From Camelus dromedarius (lineage: Eukaryota), in assembly GCF_036321535.1 (NCBI RefSeq), contig NC_087472.1:101558001-101622000 (forward strand): a DNA stretch of 64,000 nucleotides, written 5' to 3'. The stretch's first letter is position 1. Each line of letters begins with the position of its first letter. Below the pieces are notes generated by a model, which was given only the letters and a program-made list of their open reading frames with translations, did no database searches and was not told the origin of the DNA. A program made the position numbers and the translations under genes. Shown piece after piece: positions 21,515 to 35,495 of this stretch.

Positions 21515-24500
21515 TTTAATTTGCAGTCACGTTTATTTGCAGTTTCTATACACACTTTCTAGGTAATCAAACTTTTCTGGTACATTATTTTGAGAGGGGT
21601 TCACAATGAAACTGTCACCATTTTTACTAAAAATAAATACAAGACTTAAAGTGTTGCACAGCTCTAAAATATACAAAGGCTTGAATTGAATGTAAACGTT
21701 GAAAACATCTTACAAAAGAAACCATTTTTGCAACAATTTAAAAAGTTCATATTTACAAATATTACAAAAATACAAAATGGATGCAAGTCCATAAACCATT
21801 GTCTTTCGGCCAGCATGAACTGGTTCTAGGACCAAAATAGTTACACTGTAACCTTCTTCATAGTTTTAAATCTTTGTCCTGATCTAGTTCTCTAAGTCTG
21901 CCACCCCTGCAGCAAATGTACTCACTCACTGAACTTTGGCAAGAGCAAACAGTGTGTTTTGTTTGCTACAACTAGTCCATGTCCTCTACTTAGCCAAAAA
22001 AAAAAAAAAAAAAAAAAAACCCAAAACTCAAAAAGTAAGGAAAAAAATTTCCTCCACACAACACAGACATTTTGTAGAAACGTAAAATAACAACAACAGC
22101 AAAAAAATCAGCATCAGTGCAAACAACAGAGGAAAAGTTTGGATTGATGTTCTTCACAATACCTAATGTGTGTACCCTGCTTCAAGACGGCAGTGATATT
22201 GAAGACGGCCCTCTAAATCTCGGTCTTACATGCTATGTGATAAAGCCATGTAGAGTATTCCAAATGACTAAGGAATTTGATTTTTTTTAAACTCAGTTTG
22301 TTACTCAGTACTCTTTTCCACAGTGAATTTTAAATCCATCTTTATTTGGGTGTCTTTTAAAATCTATGAAATATAAAATAGAGAAACTCTGCTATAGATT
22401 TTTAGAGTAAACAAAATAAGTAAAACTATATTATAAGGGTTAGTTCTGTGATCATACATATAGAAGGTATTTTATTGCCTCAAAATTCAAGTTGGTATGT
22501 ATTTTAAAATATATATATGGTACCATTACTTAAATTAATGTCAATAATAAGGAGGTGACATACTTGTTAAAGCCAATTCATGTGTTTTCTGTTCAAGATT
22601 TAGAATCACTTTTAAAGCCCACATACCTTTCTTTATACACTTAAAAAACCCCTAACTACACAAAAGCCATACTGCAAACGAACTGCTTTTATGAAAATTA
22701 CAAAAGATCACCTATTGTGACTGGAAATGACTGTTTCTTATCGCATTTGTCTAAAAACCTTATTTTTAAAAGTTTGCCAAGTTTACTTTTCAAAGCATGA
22801 GGAAAAGTTATTTGTGTTCCCATGTGGTGTCAAACCACGCTGGTTTTCTTAACACACGGGTTCCAGTGAGAAATTATGGTCCATTTTTTCAAACCCCCAA
22901 ACATTTTTCTTTTAGTAAAAAGTATAACACTTCGTAAATGTTCAAATGTACCCTTTACCAAGTAGCTTATCTATCCCAGCACAAGCAAACGCACGCGTGC
23001 GCGCGCGCACACACACGTTCTCCCTCCTCTACCCCGCCACCCCCAGCACCCATTTTACATACAAGGATGACAAGAAGTTAAACACAATTTGATAGTGAAG
23101 ACAAATAGTAGAATAAGACAGCCTTTTTTTTTTTTTCTTTTCAAAGAAACAGAAACCCAACAGCAATCAGATTCTGTAATTCTCACTCTGTAACGTCTTA
23201 GAAAGTGTTTCTATTGAAAGACAGCATCTTCTTAGACCAGGCTTTTTCCTTCGTATTGCATGAATGAAACCAAAACCACAAACTTCCTTTCACACATCCT
23301 ACTTTCCCAAATACCACTTGCGTAAGCTTAAAGCCAGCTGCTTGTCAATTTCTTGGTAACTGGTATGTTCTATCGTTCTAATCACATTCTATTCTTTTAT
23401 AGGCCATATCCCTTCTTAGTTCTCTACTTTCTACCTTCTCCCATTCAAAACATATTCTAAGTACATAGCTGCTCATATTTCTGACATATCATTTTCAAAC
23501 ATTAGTATCAGTTCATGTTAAAATCAGAGGTGTAAAAACCATTTGCAGATTTCAACTTGTAACTATATTTTTTTTCAGTTTTAAGACAAGAAAATTCAAG
23601 TAATTTCAAGTAATTCAGCTTGTTTCCCTGCCTTCATTTTATCAGAGCACTTGCCCTGACATCTCCTTTCCCACCCACCACCCTCCCCTTTTGCCATCAA
23701 GCAAATAGAGTAAAATCAGACACTCAGTCATATGTAGCATTGTGAACCAGAGCTGTTCCCCGTTTAACAGAGAATATAAATAATGCATATACACAGACCT
23801 ATTTCCCAACTACATTGTTCACAGTGTCATTTCTGTTAATTTGTAGGTAGCATGAATCTCATCAGCACAGAGAAAGAGCTTCACTGAAAACTCATTGCAG
23901 GTACTTACTGAGAAATCCACAGCTCTGTGGCATGCTTATGGTTTGTTTCTGTTAGTTAAAGAACCTGGAGCTAATTGCTAAACTGTTTAAGGAGTCTAAA
24001 GATTATAGTCATTAGATTATGTCTGTTTATGTCCCCAGTAGCCTAATATAGAACGTAACCTAAAATGAACTACTGTTTTCCCTACTCATTCTCTTTAAAG
24101 CAATCCATTGAAAAATTGAAGTTTAAAGGACACTGTCAAGTGCTGTTGTTTAGGGCTTTGTGTTGAGAATGATGATTTCTCTCATTGATTTTTCCTTTTT
24201 TTAAATCAAAAGCATGCTTTTTATTCTGTCCAAATTACCACATGGCAAATCACAGCCATGTGTTACTAATAGTTTGTTTGGTGCTGCAATTTGTCACCAA
24301 AATGGTTAAGTCTGAATTCATTATTTTAAATTAATCACATTTCAGTATATGACCTCAAGATTTCCTTTATTTCACCAGTTTAAAAATTCATATTTGATGT
24401 TTATCACTCGGAAATCATATTGGTGGACATTTAACTATGGTATTTGATATGAAAATGGTATTCACAGAATACAGTTATTACACTTTATCTGTTGTGTTCT

Positions 24501-25017
24501 ATAAACAGTTGGTGTGTGGTAGATAATTGGCCACGTGTCCACTCGTCATTGATAAATCTATTTACACAGTTTTATCAAAAATATGGTATTTACATGTGTG
24601 TAGTTCTTTCTTCTAAATTTTGCTTTAGTTCATTTTAATGTAAAAAAATACCAAACCTCCAGAGTAATTTCATCTTCTTAAGAGTTATGACAGTGAGGGG
24701 TTTGTTTTCTGAATAGGTAGCTCTGGGAAAACTTTTTCTAGCTTTCATGAAAAGCAGACATTTTGGAATTCTTTATTATCAAAAGGAATGAGATTGGGTA
24801 AATCAAACTATGCTAAAGAAAAATATGAAAGACAGTGCAGCTACCTAGAAACGTGGAAAATAATCAAGAAAGACCAAACCAACTTCCCTTTGCCCAGCGC
24901 GTCATATTTAGGAACTCGTTGGTAAGCAGTGGAGATGTGCTGACTTCCGTTCTGCGCCTCCATCTCCATCACGTGACCGAGGTGCGGGCCTTTGACGGCC
25001 AGCCTGGCACGCGCCAC
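21515..25017 (-). other. NHS: NHS 3'UTR (~3.5 kb)
   Basis: AT-rich, repeat-poor sequence from the stop codon to the AATAAA at 21532-21537; cleavage site approximate. Confidence 0.75.
21532..21537 (-). terminator. NHS: NHS polyadenylation signal AATAAA (second hexamer ATTAAA at 21515-21520)
   Basis: tttatt on the + strand, with U/GU-rich sequence downstream on the minus strand. Confidence 0.7.
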
Positions 25018-25630
25018 CTACGTGGAGCTCTGGGAGGAGCGGTCGTCGTGCGGGCTGCCGTCCGAGTTCTCCGTTTCGCCCTCGGAGATGGCCTGCATGG
25101 GCGCGTTGTACAGCCTGCAGCGGACGCTGTAGCGGCTGCTGCTGGCCGCGGGGGGGGCCCGGGAGCGGCCCACCCTGGCCGAGGCTGACGTGGCGAAATT
25201 CTTGGAGGAAAAGCCTTCCGCGTTCACTCGCGGGGAGCATGGAGAGAGGGGGGACAGGGCTTCGGTTCCGGGTGCCCCCTGATGGGCCTCATGGGTGCTC
25301 TGGGGGGCCTCGGCCGTGAGCTCCCCGGGGGATTTGGGCAGGATGGGGCTCTTCAGGATCTCAGTAGCAGACATGCGGTAACTGGAATCCGAGCGACTGC
25401 CTTTCTTGAGGAGTAACAGCTTAAACTCCTCATTCGACGTGTTGGACTTTTTGGCATTTCGGTAGATGAGGCCAGGGGACCTCTGGCTGTTCGGGGTGGT
25501 CACGTTGCTGTTGGGCGAAGTGACAGAGCCAGTGCTGATGCCACCACCACCACCACCGAGGGAAGCTCTTGATTTACTTCGAACAGACATGTCCCCAGAA
25601 TCTTTTCTTCCAAGTACTTTCCTCTTGGAC
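25018..25630 (-). CDS. NHS: NHS last coding exon, (R)[11 protein letters not shown]...DDRSSQSST*
   Basis: ttaaaag|G TCC AAG; stop TAG at 25018-25020; [16 protein letters not shown] motif. Confidence 0.97.
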
Positions 25631-28155
25631 CTTTTAAGAAAAGGAAAAATCTCAGTCCACGTACATTTTTTTCAATGAAACTGAAAGTGTTTAGTCACAT
25701 TCGTGCATCTCCTTAGAGAGCGTCTTGGTGCGCCCTGTCTGATCCGACACTCAGCGTGGGGGCTGTGGAGATGAGTAAGACACGTTCCTGACCTGGTAGC
25801 ACTCACAGCCCCGGCCACGTTCTCCAGTAACCAGTGGACTTAAATTAGGTTTTGGAAATGACCATTTCAAATAATGACTAACGTGGAGGCTAGAGGTTCT
25901 AGAGGAATACCTGTTGGGAAGTTTTACAAGGATATAAGAAAATACTGCTGACTCCTGCTTAGAGTGTAGGTGGTGAACGACTGTCACTTTCTCTGCAATA
26001 CAGATCAAATACTCTGATGTCTGGGGTTGGCTTCCAATGAATACCAGAAGAACAAAGTGCATGGAGGTGTGGATGGGACAGGACTAGCCATAGGTTGGTG
26101 GTTGATAGCCTTGGGTGATGGATATGTCTCTGTGTGTTTCGGGGGGTTGCGTGGTGCATTATACTATTCTGTCTACTTTTAAAATTCCACCATGTAAAAA
26201 AATGTCTTACATGGCTTTTCAAATAAATCAATCAATTTTGCCTGCAAATACCATTTTCCATAGCTGCCTAGGAACATCAACAGGGTGCTCCTCAGTAAAC
26301 CAACTTTCCGGGAGAAGCTGAAAACCTAGACTACCTCTGGGGCTCTCCAAGCTCTCAAGAAAACAAAATCATTCCTGTCACTGTGAGGTACAGAAATAAA
26401 GAAGTAAATCCTACATAAACATAAATCTAAGATTACCAAACTCTGTAAGTCTGCGAAACCTAGGCACTCATCTGCCATCATTATTATTTCTTTTGATAAG
26501 TAAATAGGTGTAAACTTAGTGAATTTAGCCACTGAGTCAGCATGACTCAGTTCACTGATGAGTACTGGTAACACACTTTCTCACCAACCTAAAAATCTAT
26601 AGGTTCAAGAAAATGCCAGCTTTGCAGTTTGAGACCAGTCTGATTTTGGTTCTCCGAATGCTATGTGGTTGCTATCGTGTGTATGCCAGGGTCTGGCACT
26701 CCAGTAGGGTAGAAATTTCAAACTAATGTTTGCTTTTAGCATCTGCCATATTCTAGATACATGATATTTTATCATCAAAACTGAATACGTGAGCTATAGG
26801 TATCCCCATTTACAGTAAAGGAATAGGTCCAGAGGTTTTAATTGACTCGAGACTGGAAAGGAAGTGGCAGCATTGGGATTCAGTTCCAGGTCTTTCTGAC
26901 TCCACTACTTCCATTCTGTTCACTATTCCAGACATTAGCATTTCGTTCTTTGGGGTAAGAACTTGGCTCTTTACCTTACACAGAATTTAATAACTTGTCC
27001 TAAGGTTGGGGATCAAGGCAGGTGAGGGGAATATAATCAGGGACAGAGAAAAATTAACAAATGGTTCTTCACTTTGGGTGGAGGAGTGTGCCTGCTAAGG
27101 TGTACACAGAAAGTGTTTCTGATTGGCTCCTTTAAAAAATGTTGTTGAAGAGCAGTGCTCTTTCTGTATGTGAGAACCACATCATCAGAAAACACAAGTT
27201 CCCCAAAAAAGTAGAACTCTGGGAAAAAACAGTGGTGTGCTGCTTGCTAAGAACCTGCTTCAAAAAGTGTAACTTCATGAGGTAGACTAGACAGTCCCCA
27301 GGTTTTGTCCCTTGGGAGTCGCATCGAGATCACTGAGGTCTAGTGAAGTGGGCAGTTGCAGTTGTGAAAGGAGCAGGCACCTTATGATTGGATAGCTCAT
27401 CTGATATGGGTTCAGTTTCCAAGGGCAAGTTCCCGCTCTGTTCTTCGGTCACAGGTTGTAAGGACTGTTCTGGCAAATAGGGACCTTGGTCACAGGGGTG
27501 CCAGGGGCAGTTGATAGAACGTGAACGGTCAGCATGGATGCAACGCTGTCCTGGAAAAGCAGCCCAGAGGATGTCCACTATTCACGGGATATGGAGCATT
27601 AAGTTTAGAGAAGGCCAGTGTTCTTAAAGAAATTTAAGTTTTAGGAAGAGAGAAAAATAGGGAGCAGTGATTAGTTGTTCTGAGCTATGAAATGGGTAGG
27701 TTTATATACTGTCTTGTCTCAAACTTGGGGCTCTGTTTACTGAGTCAACTTCCATTTCTCTCTGCCGGCATAGGACTATAGCTTTGAGTGTGTTCTATAG
27801 GTTAAGAAATTACTTACAAGTCAGAGGTTACACTAGAGTTTTGAGGTTCACTCTTAAATTACTTGACCACAGGTTGTTTTCAAATAAAAACTTGTTCCAG
27901 AATGTCTGTCCTAGAGGAAAAAAACCAGCAGCTTCCCTCAGCAGTTCTTAAGAAAGTGTCTCAATTGAGGTCTGACTATATGTAAAGCCATGTATTTCCC
28001 AACTTGAATATGAGTCTACCAATTTGATTTGGAAAAATAACTGCTTTGCTTTCTTCTGTTTTTTGCTGAATGTATTACAAGTACACAAGGCTTTTCGATA
28101 TTTGCATTTGATGAGAGGCACCATAAGAAGCAAAACCTTTGGTACTGTTGCCTTA

Positions 28156-28284
<129 letters not shown>

Positions 28285-28584
28285 TTAAATTAAGAACAAA
28301 AGCATCTTTAGGAAGAAGTTATCCAGCACGCTGCTGGGCTTCACTGACTCAGGGAACAAATAAACAATAGTTATGTGACTGTCATTTTTGAAAATGAAAG
28401 AGCTAACTGTCACACTTACTCTCGATAATAAAAGCTTTTATCTCAATTGTTTTAATAAGTGAAAAGAAGTAGTGGAGGGAAATCAACAACCAAGGCAGTA
28501 CCATGTATGGGGAATGTAAGAAAGAAAACCTTCAAGAAGTGCCAAGAGACACCTTTCCATTGTGACAAAGCATCAACAACTGAC

Positions 28585-31566
28585 CTTTCAGTGAAACCTC
28601 ATCCACACTTCCTTGGGTCTCCTCTGCTCCGCTGTTATCAGAGGCACTTTTGGCTGAAAGACCTGAAGCAACAGTTTCCTGCTCAGAACGTTTTTCAGGG
28701 CACGGATTGACAGCTGATACCTCCACTTCGTAGCTGATACTCCCAGGCACTTTGTCATGGTGGCGGCTCATCCCGAGTTGATGCTTAAGTTGATTGCTTT
28801 TGTCTGTGGCTCTGGTTGGTGAGTTTGACTGAGAAGTGAGCACATCCGCAGGCTCAGGGTGTGCAGCCTCCTCCCAGTCAACGGAAGGTGCCTTCTGGAC
28901 CTGCGCTGGGGCTGCATCTGGACTGGCTCCACATTGTCGTATTTCACCATCCAAATCGTTTGGGCGAGCAGCAGAGACCCTCTGAAATTCTTCTGTGGGA
29001 AGGTTACAAGTTTTACTTGGTGTGTTTTCTGAAATAGGCTCACTCTCCATATGTATTTGGTCTTTTGTGCCGCTTGAATCTAGAAGAGCAGTACCAGCCG
29101 AGGTTACCATTTCTGCATCACAGCAATTCTTCACATCAAAAGTACGGTTTTTTTCTAACTGTAGTTTATCTGGTCCTATCTCCGCTGCAGAGGAGTCTAA
29201 AAAGGACAGTATGGTGTCTTCAGTGGAGTACTGACGTGATACTGATTTCTTAGTCATATGTGGCCTAATCTTACCTGGAGACACGGCAGCCATTGTGAGA
29301 GTGCTTTCCTCTAAGTAGGGGAGATCTGTGTTGTTGCCTTCTTTTTGCTTAACTTCTTCAGACTTACTGATGCACCTAAGGTTAACAGATTTCAGGACTG
29401 TCGGTGTAATTGCAAGAGACGGTGGAGGATTTGACCTCAGGGTTTCTCCTATTGTGTTCTGCTTATTATGAGTGAAAACATGCAATGGGTGACGGTGGTG
29501 GAATGGTTTATTCAAGACATTATGAAGAGCACTTAGGTCAAGATGAGTAGGAGGTATAATTGGAAGTTCGAGATCTTTACTCAGTGATAGAGCCCCATCT
29601 TTTAAAGACGGTTGCTGTAGTGAGGATTTCCTTTCTGGGACTTTGGGTTTTCTTTTGCTACCTCCAGGAGACAATGGACCAGAAAAGAACGCTGTAGGGA
29701 AAGAGGATGTTGGTGTTTCGGACTGGCTTGAGTAGCCGCTTGATGGAGACGCCAGGCCAGCCAGCTTTTCTGGTGATGCCAGTTTAAACTCATTGTCAAC
29801 AGAAGGAAGGGATGGGGTGGTGGCTCTGGATTCTGACTGGGATGTTTGGGATTCAGAGCTCTCGGGAGATTTGATGCATTCAATCACTGTGGTACCCGTA
29901 GCAGTGCTTGAATTAGATAAAGATCTATAAGGATCATTTGTTTTCAAGTCATTGAGAAGCCAGAGGTCTGCATAGTGAGTTGATTCAGCACCTTCTTCTT
30001 TGAATGGTGGAATATCTGAGGTGTCTAACGGAGGTTCCTTAATACCATGTTCACTCTGGCTCATCCAAGAAGGCTCCTGCTTGGTGGGAAGATTGGCATT
30101 TTCCACTCGAGAAGGCGTGTTGGAGAAGTCAAGAGGCAGCTTCATTTCCCTGGAACTGTGAGGCAGGAGCTGGCCACTGCTTATCTTTGGTTCTTTCTTC
30201 TCAGAAACATCTGCATTTCCATCGGGCTTCCTCAGCGATGAGCTCCGTTTAGGTGGGGTCGGCTTTGCCTTTGCTTTCCTGAAGGAGATGCTCAGTCTCC
30301 CCTGCCTCCTGTGGTCTAAGTAGTCCTGCCAGGCACAGTCTGGAAGAGTGGGAGGACCCCCAACACCCTGGCCATTCTCTGGGCCCAGGGCTGCATAGTG
30401 ACAGACATAACTCTTACCACCTTTGAGACCACAGTCAAAGTGCATGGAGGTGTAGTATCCTTCTGTGTCCACCGAGAAGTGAGAGCTTGTGTCTGCTTTG
30501 TCTGATGGAGACTTTTCCAGAAAGCTGTCGTAAGTGGCCATGCTTGTGAAGCTCGGGCAGCCCAGGCTGTCTGCCTTGGGGCGCTCAGGGCTAAAGTCTT
30601 GGCGGCAGGAGGCGTCGTGATGGTGGTGGAGGTAATTCCACTCACTATCACTCGTGTTGCTGTTGTTGGGGTCATCCAGCAGGTCGGCCACAGTGGAGGT
30701 AAAGGAGCTGGCCCGGTGGCCTCTCACTTTATCCAGGTGGTCATTGTACTGCTCTGTCACAAAGACACTGGTGTCCTCATTAGCATGAGGGGCCGTGTTT
30801 AGTGACAGCTCCGAGTCACAGTGCGAGGAGCCAGTGAGGGGAGGAGAAGCTGCGGGAGGGATCGTCTCTGAGGTCTGTGAGGGGCATGTGGAGCTGCTCC
30901 CACTCCAGTTGCCACTGGATGACTGGTGGTCATCCTTCTGGTCCATGTGGCTGCTGAGGAGGACGCCGGCCGTGGAGATGCAGTGGATGGGACTCCCGAA
31001 GGTGTCTGAGTTGGAGGAGATGTCACAGCTGCCAGAGTCGGCAGCCATTCGGGACAGACGTGACCTCCCTCTCTCACCTAACTTGTGCTGGGGGCTGTGA
31101 AGATGCTGAGAACAGGCCAGGCCCAAGGCAGGCTGGTGTTCCTGTGCACTCGGGCTGCTGGGGGCCTCGCTGCAGTCATTAAGGGTTCTTTCTTGGTCTC
31201 CCACGAAAGGCTCCCCCTCTTCGTATGCTGAAGGTTTAGCACCAACTTTGGGCTCAGCATCCCCACCTCTGTTGCCCTCCCTGGGAAGGCTCCGAGATCT
31301 TGTGCGGCTGCTCACTGCAGTAGTAAACATGGTGTCGCCTTTGTCTGCCAACGCAGAAATGTTACCAGCAGAATGAGAAAGGGAAGCGGCAATGCTTTGA
31401 CCCCTCTGAGCTCTGATTCTCCTTCTGGATGGGGCGGCTATCAGAATATCCTCAGTTTGGCACTCCGAGTCCCTGGTTCCAGACCTCCTATTGACAGTGT
31501 TGGAAGGGTCTGGATTTGTGTGCACGATCACATTCCTTTCCCTGGCCACGGGCGATTCATCAGAAT
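28585..31566 (-). CDS. NHS: NHS large coding exon (2982 bp), [16 protein letters not shown]...DEVSLK
   Basis: ccctag|AT...AAA G|gtcagt; the 1005-aa ORF 28532..31549 contains NHS motifs ([42 protein letters not shown]). Confidence 0.98.
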
Positions 31567-32519
31567 CTAGGGCACATGGAAAGCACAGTGAGATATTTTA
31601 TACATTGGCAGATGAACAGACATTCTGAGAGATGTCCACAAATCTGGGTGCTGGCATGTTGGAGCTTTTTCTTACAGAAAAATCCAGCATATAAAATTAG
31701 GAGACAGTTAAAATGCTTTGGACATCCTCTTTCTGTCCCTTTGCCTCTCTGTCTCTCTCTCTCTACACAGACACACACACACACACACACTCACTATATA
31801 TGTATATATACTAAGAGAAGATAGGCTTTTAGATCTTTTGTGAATTCTTTCTCTTCACGATCAAATTAGTTTGCTCCAATAAGTGTCTACTGTTTTGTTT
31901 TTTTTAACGAAAATACATCTTATCTTCTTGGCTACTATTCACTTTTATTTCATAATATAAACATAATGAAATAAAAATAATATAATTCATTATATGACTT
32001 AAATATCTTATTTACAAGAGATGCTATCATAATAATTTTAAAAAACCATAGGAAGAGATATCTTAAACACATTGAACAGAAAAAATAGAAAAAATGTCAC
32101 CAAGGGTGTCATATAATCAGTATTCAATATTTAATTGAGTACCCTTGAAATTTACCTTTCAAAATAACTAATGCCATAAAAGTATATCTCTCTTCAAATA
32201 AAAACTCTTTTCTAAAATTAAATCTTGTTAATTTTTACTCATAATTTCCACCTTACTAAAACTTTTAAAAATTAGCAAAGTATTATATTTCAGCCGTAAA
32301 ACCTGAGCATATATGCCTAAATCCATAAGGTCAAACCTTCACAGTAAAGAATGGAGATTTAAAAAGTAATACCACCTGGCTTACTGAAAACAAAACACAC
32401 ACCATTTCAAAACTTCTACAAGTTACCATGTTAACTATTTTTAAGGAAGCTGGTTAACGGTTTCTATTTCATCTCCTTACAGTCGGCACCAGACAGAACG
32501 CTAACGAACGACAGTTTTA

Positions 32520-32735
<216 letters not shown>

Positions 32736-35255
32736 TTATTGATGGGAAGTAAAGAGTTTGGATTAAGCCTGTGAGCAAATATAAGGGAGCTCTTATTCAG
32801 CTCTTATTTAAATTATGTTGCAATACATTAAGCTTTACTTGCAAATGCAGCTCTGCACAACAGCTTGCACTGCCAAAAGTAACAAGCAAAGAAGGAGAAT
32901 CAAAAGAAAGAGGAGTGAAAATAACATCAAAGAATCACTCTCAGACAGAAATGGCTCCTTAAGGACTTACAGCCCCTAGTTACTACTATTTACTGGCCTA
33001 TTTCTGGTCTTTCTGAAGCTGGTATCTTTGCATAGTAGATCCATAGCCAAGATGTTAACCTGAATTCGTTCAGCTAACATATCCTGACCTGTTTCTTCTT
33101 TAAAAGCATCATTGTGAGGGTTTTTTTCCCCCTCGACACACTATGCCCAAGCCCTATATACACACACATGCTGTGAGGAAACAGCAGCCTTGAGATGTTT
33201 TTCACATCATCATGTAACTCTGCCTGTTTTCTCCTGCTGACTAAATTGGACACATTTTGGTTTAGCACCAGTATCTTATCAGTATAAAATAAAAATACAG
33301 TCTTCAGTTCTTCACTTAAGTGGATCTACCTTGTGTGCCACCTGTAAATAAATCTGGATTTCCCAGTCCGTACAATGTGTGTCTGTTTTCTTTGGTAAAT
33401 ACAGGAGGCAAACCATGATGCTTATTAGTTTCTCTCTCCGTAATCACGTTATTGACATGCTACATGCAGTCCTATCAAAACTAGAATGATGAAGGAGGAG
33501 GTGAGGAGCTCAAACTCCTGTCTGGCCCAGGCACGCACCATGAATTTTTCAGAGTGAGCTTTGCCTCGAAAGCCATAAGCTAAAAGTGCTTTGGAATCTG
33601 GTTGCTTCATCATTTATCCTGACTGTTAAACATGGGGCAGAATGGCATGTTAAACCTTGGTTCAGCTATATAATGAAGCAGTTTGAGTTCTGCTTAGCTT
33701 CACAGTGACAACAGTTTCTAGAACTCACGTTGAAAAATCTGCATGAGAAATCATATGATGAATAATTACAGTACTATTGGAGAATTCATACTAATGAAAT
33801 TTTCCTTTCTTAGTTCCAACCAAAGATTAAAATCCTTCACTCTAATCATGATAATTATGTATCATATGGCATACAGACACAGATATTTTGTGTTACGTGG
33901 ACATAATTAACAACTTTCTCATTAAAGCTCCTGAAATTAACATACAATCTAGACTTTAGTCTGAGAGTTCCTGAAATAAAGCAGAAGTAAAGATCTTCCC
34001 TTCTCCTGAATCACAAGACCCATAATCAAAGGACTAAATTTGAAAACCAGATTTTACTTACAGTGTCATGAAGAAAGCAGGTGCTGCTAATAATCAGATG
34101 TTCCCAGAACTGAAAGTTAGTTTAAAAGGGTGCCAAAATGATCCATTTTGACAGCTGAACTCCCCTAAGCCATCTCATTTAGCTTATGGAGATCAGATAA
34201 AGTGCCCATCCTTAGAACAATTTATCCTACAAGTTGGATAGGTCTTCAGGAAAATTAACTCCCAACTCACAACCAGCTGACCAACTAGAACTCCATTTTG
34301 TCAGGAAGAAAATAGCTACCCTGATACCTGGTCATCATTTGTTCCCCACTTTATATGAGAGAAATTTGAATAAGGTTAATAATGGCCATGTCCAAATGCA
34401 TCTTCAGCAGCATGCACTCTTTGGTTACATTGTACGAGGATGAAAATCTGTTATAAAATGGCCATTCTGAGATTTTCAACATATGAATAAATTAAAATTT
34501 AACTGTTAGAGATGTTTAAAGAAAGCCCAGTGGAGAGATCATTTAATTTCTGTCTTTGAAAGAGTATTATTTTACTTACAACTAAGATTACCAGATTCTA
34601 AGATCACCAATTCTGGATATTACAATTGCTGCCAATAAACTTTTCAAGAAGAGTCCAGACAGGCTTGCCTTCGACCCAGACTAATATCCAAAATCTCAGT
34701 ACTCAGGTGGAGGAGAGCAGAGTGAACAGAAGACACGCGTGCTGGGTTTAGAGTAGAATTCAGCCTTCATCTATACATGTATTTTTAGGTCAAAAATCCC
34801 TAAAACCAATGCAGAGGTCTAAACGATCTTTTAAACAAGCCTACTGTCATCCCAAGGAAGCATGGAAACAGATTTTACAGTTGATCTACAGGATCATTAC
34901 TTGCAGTTTTAGAAACCTGGGGTTTGCTGTTTTCTTTCTTGCATTGCTACGCATCATTATCATATGATTAATCACTGCCACCTTCTCCATTCTTTCAGGC
35001 AGCTATGGCCAAAGAGCTATTTGGTGACTTTTTTTCCAAAAGGAAACTGTCTGTCATTTACATAACAAGCGGCCCAGCAGAACATATGCAAATTGATGTT
35101 CAAAACCTGACAAAAGCATATTGAACATCTTCTGGGTTGTATTCTGATGAAAAAGGTATTATTTGTTTACAAAGCGGCATTCTTAACTGGTATGCCCAGC
35201 AGCACAGGTTTTGACCATATTTAATACACAGAATATTCTGACCCTACTGCCCCTA

Positions 35256-35495
<240 letters not shown>

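Noticed and set aside
28532..31549. 1005-aa ORF as a single-exon gene
   Set aside because: It is the large internal NHS exon; the GTG start and the C-terminal tail are artefacts of ignoring splicing
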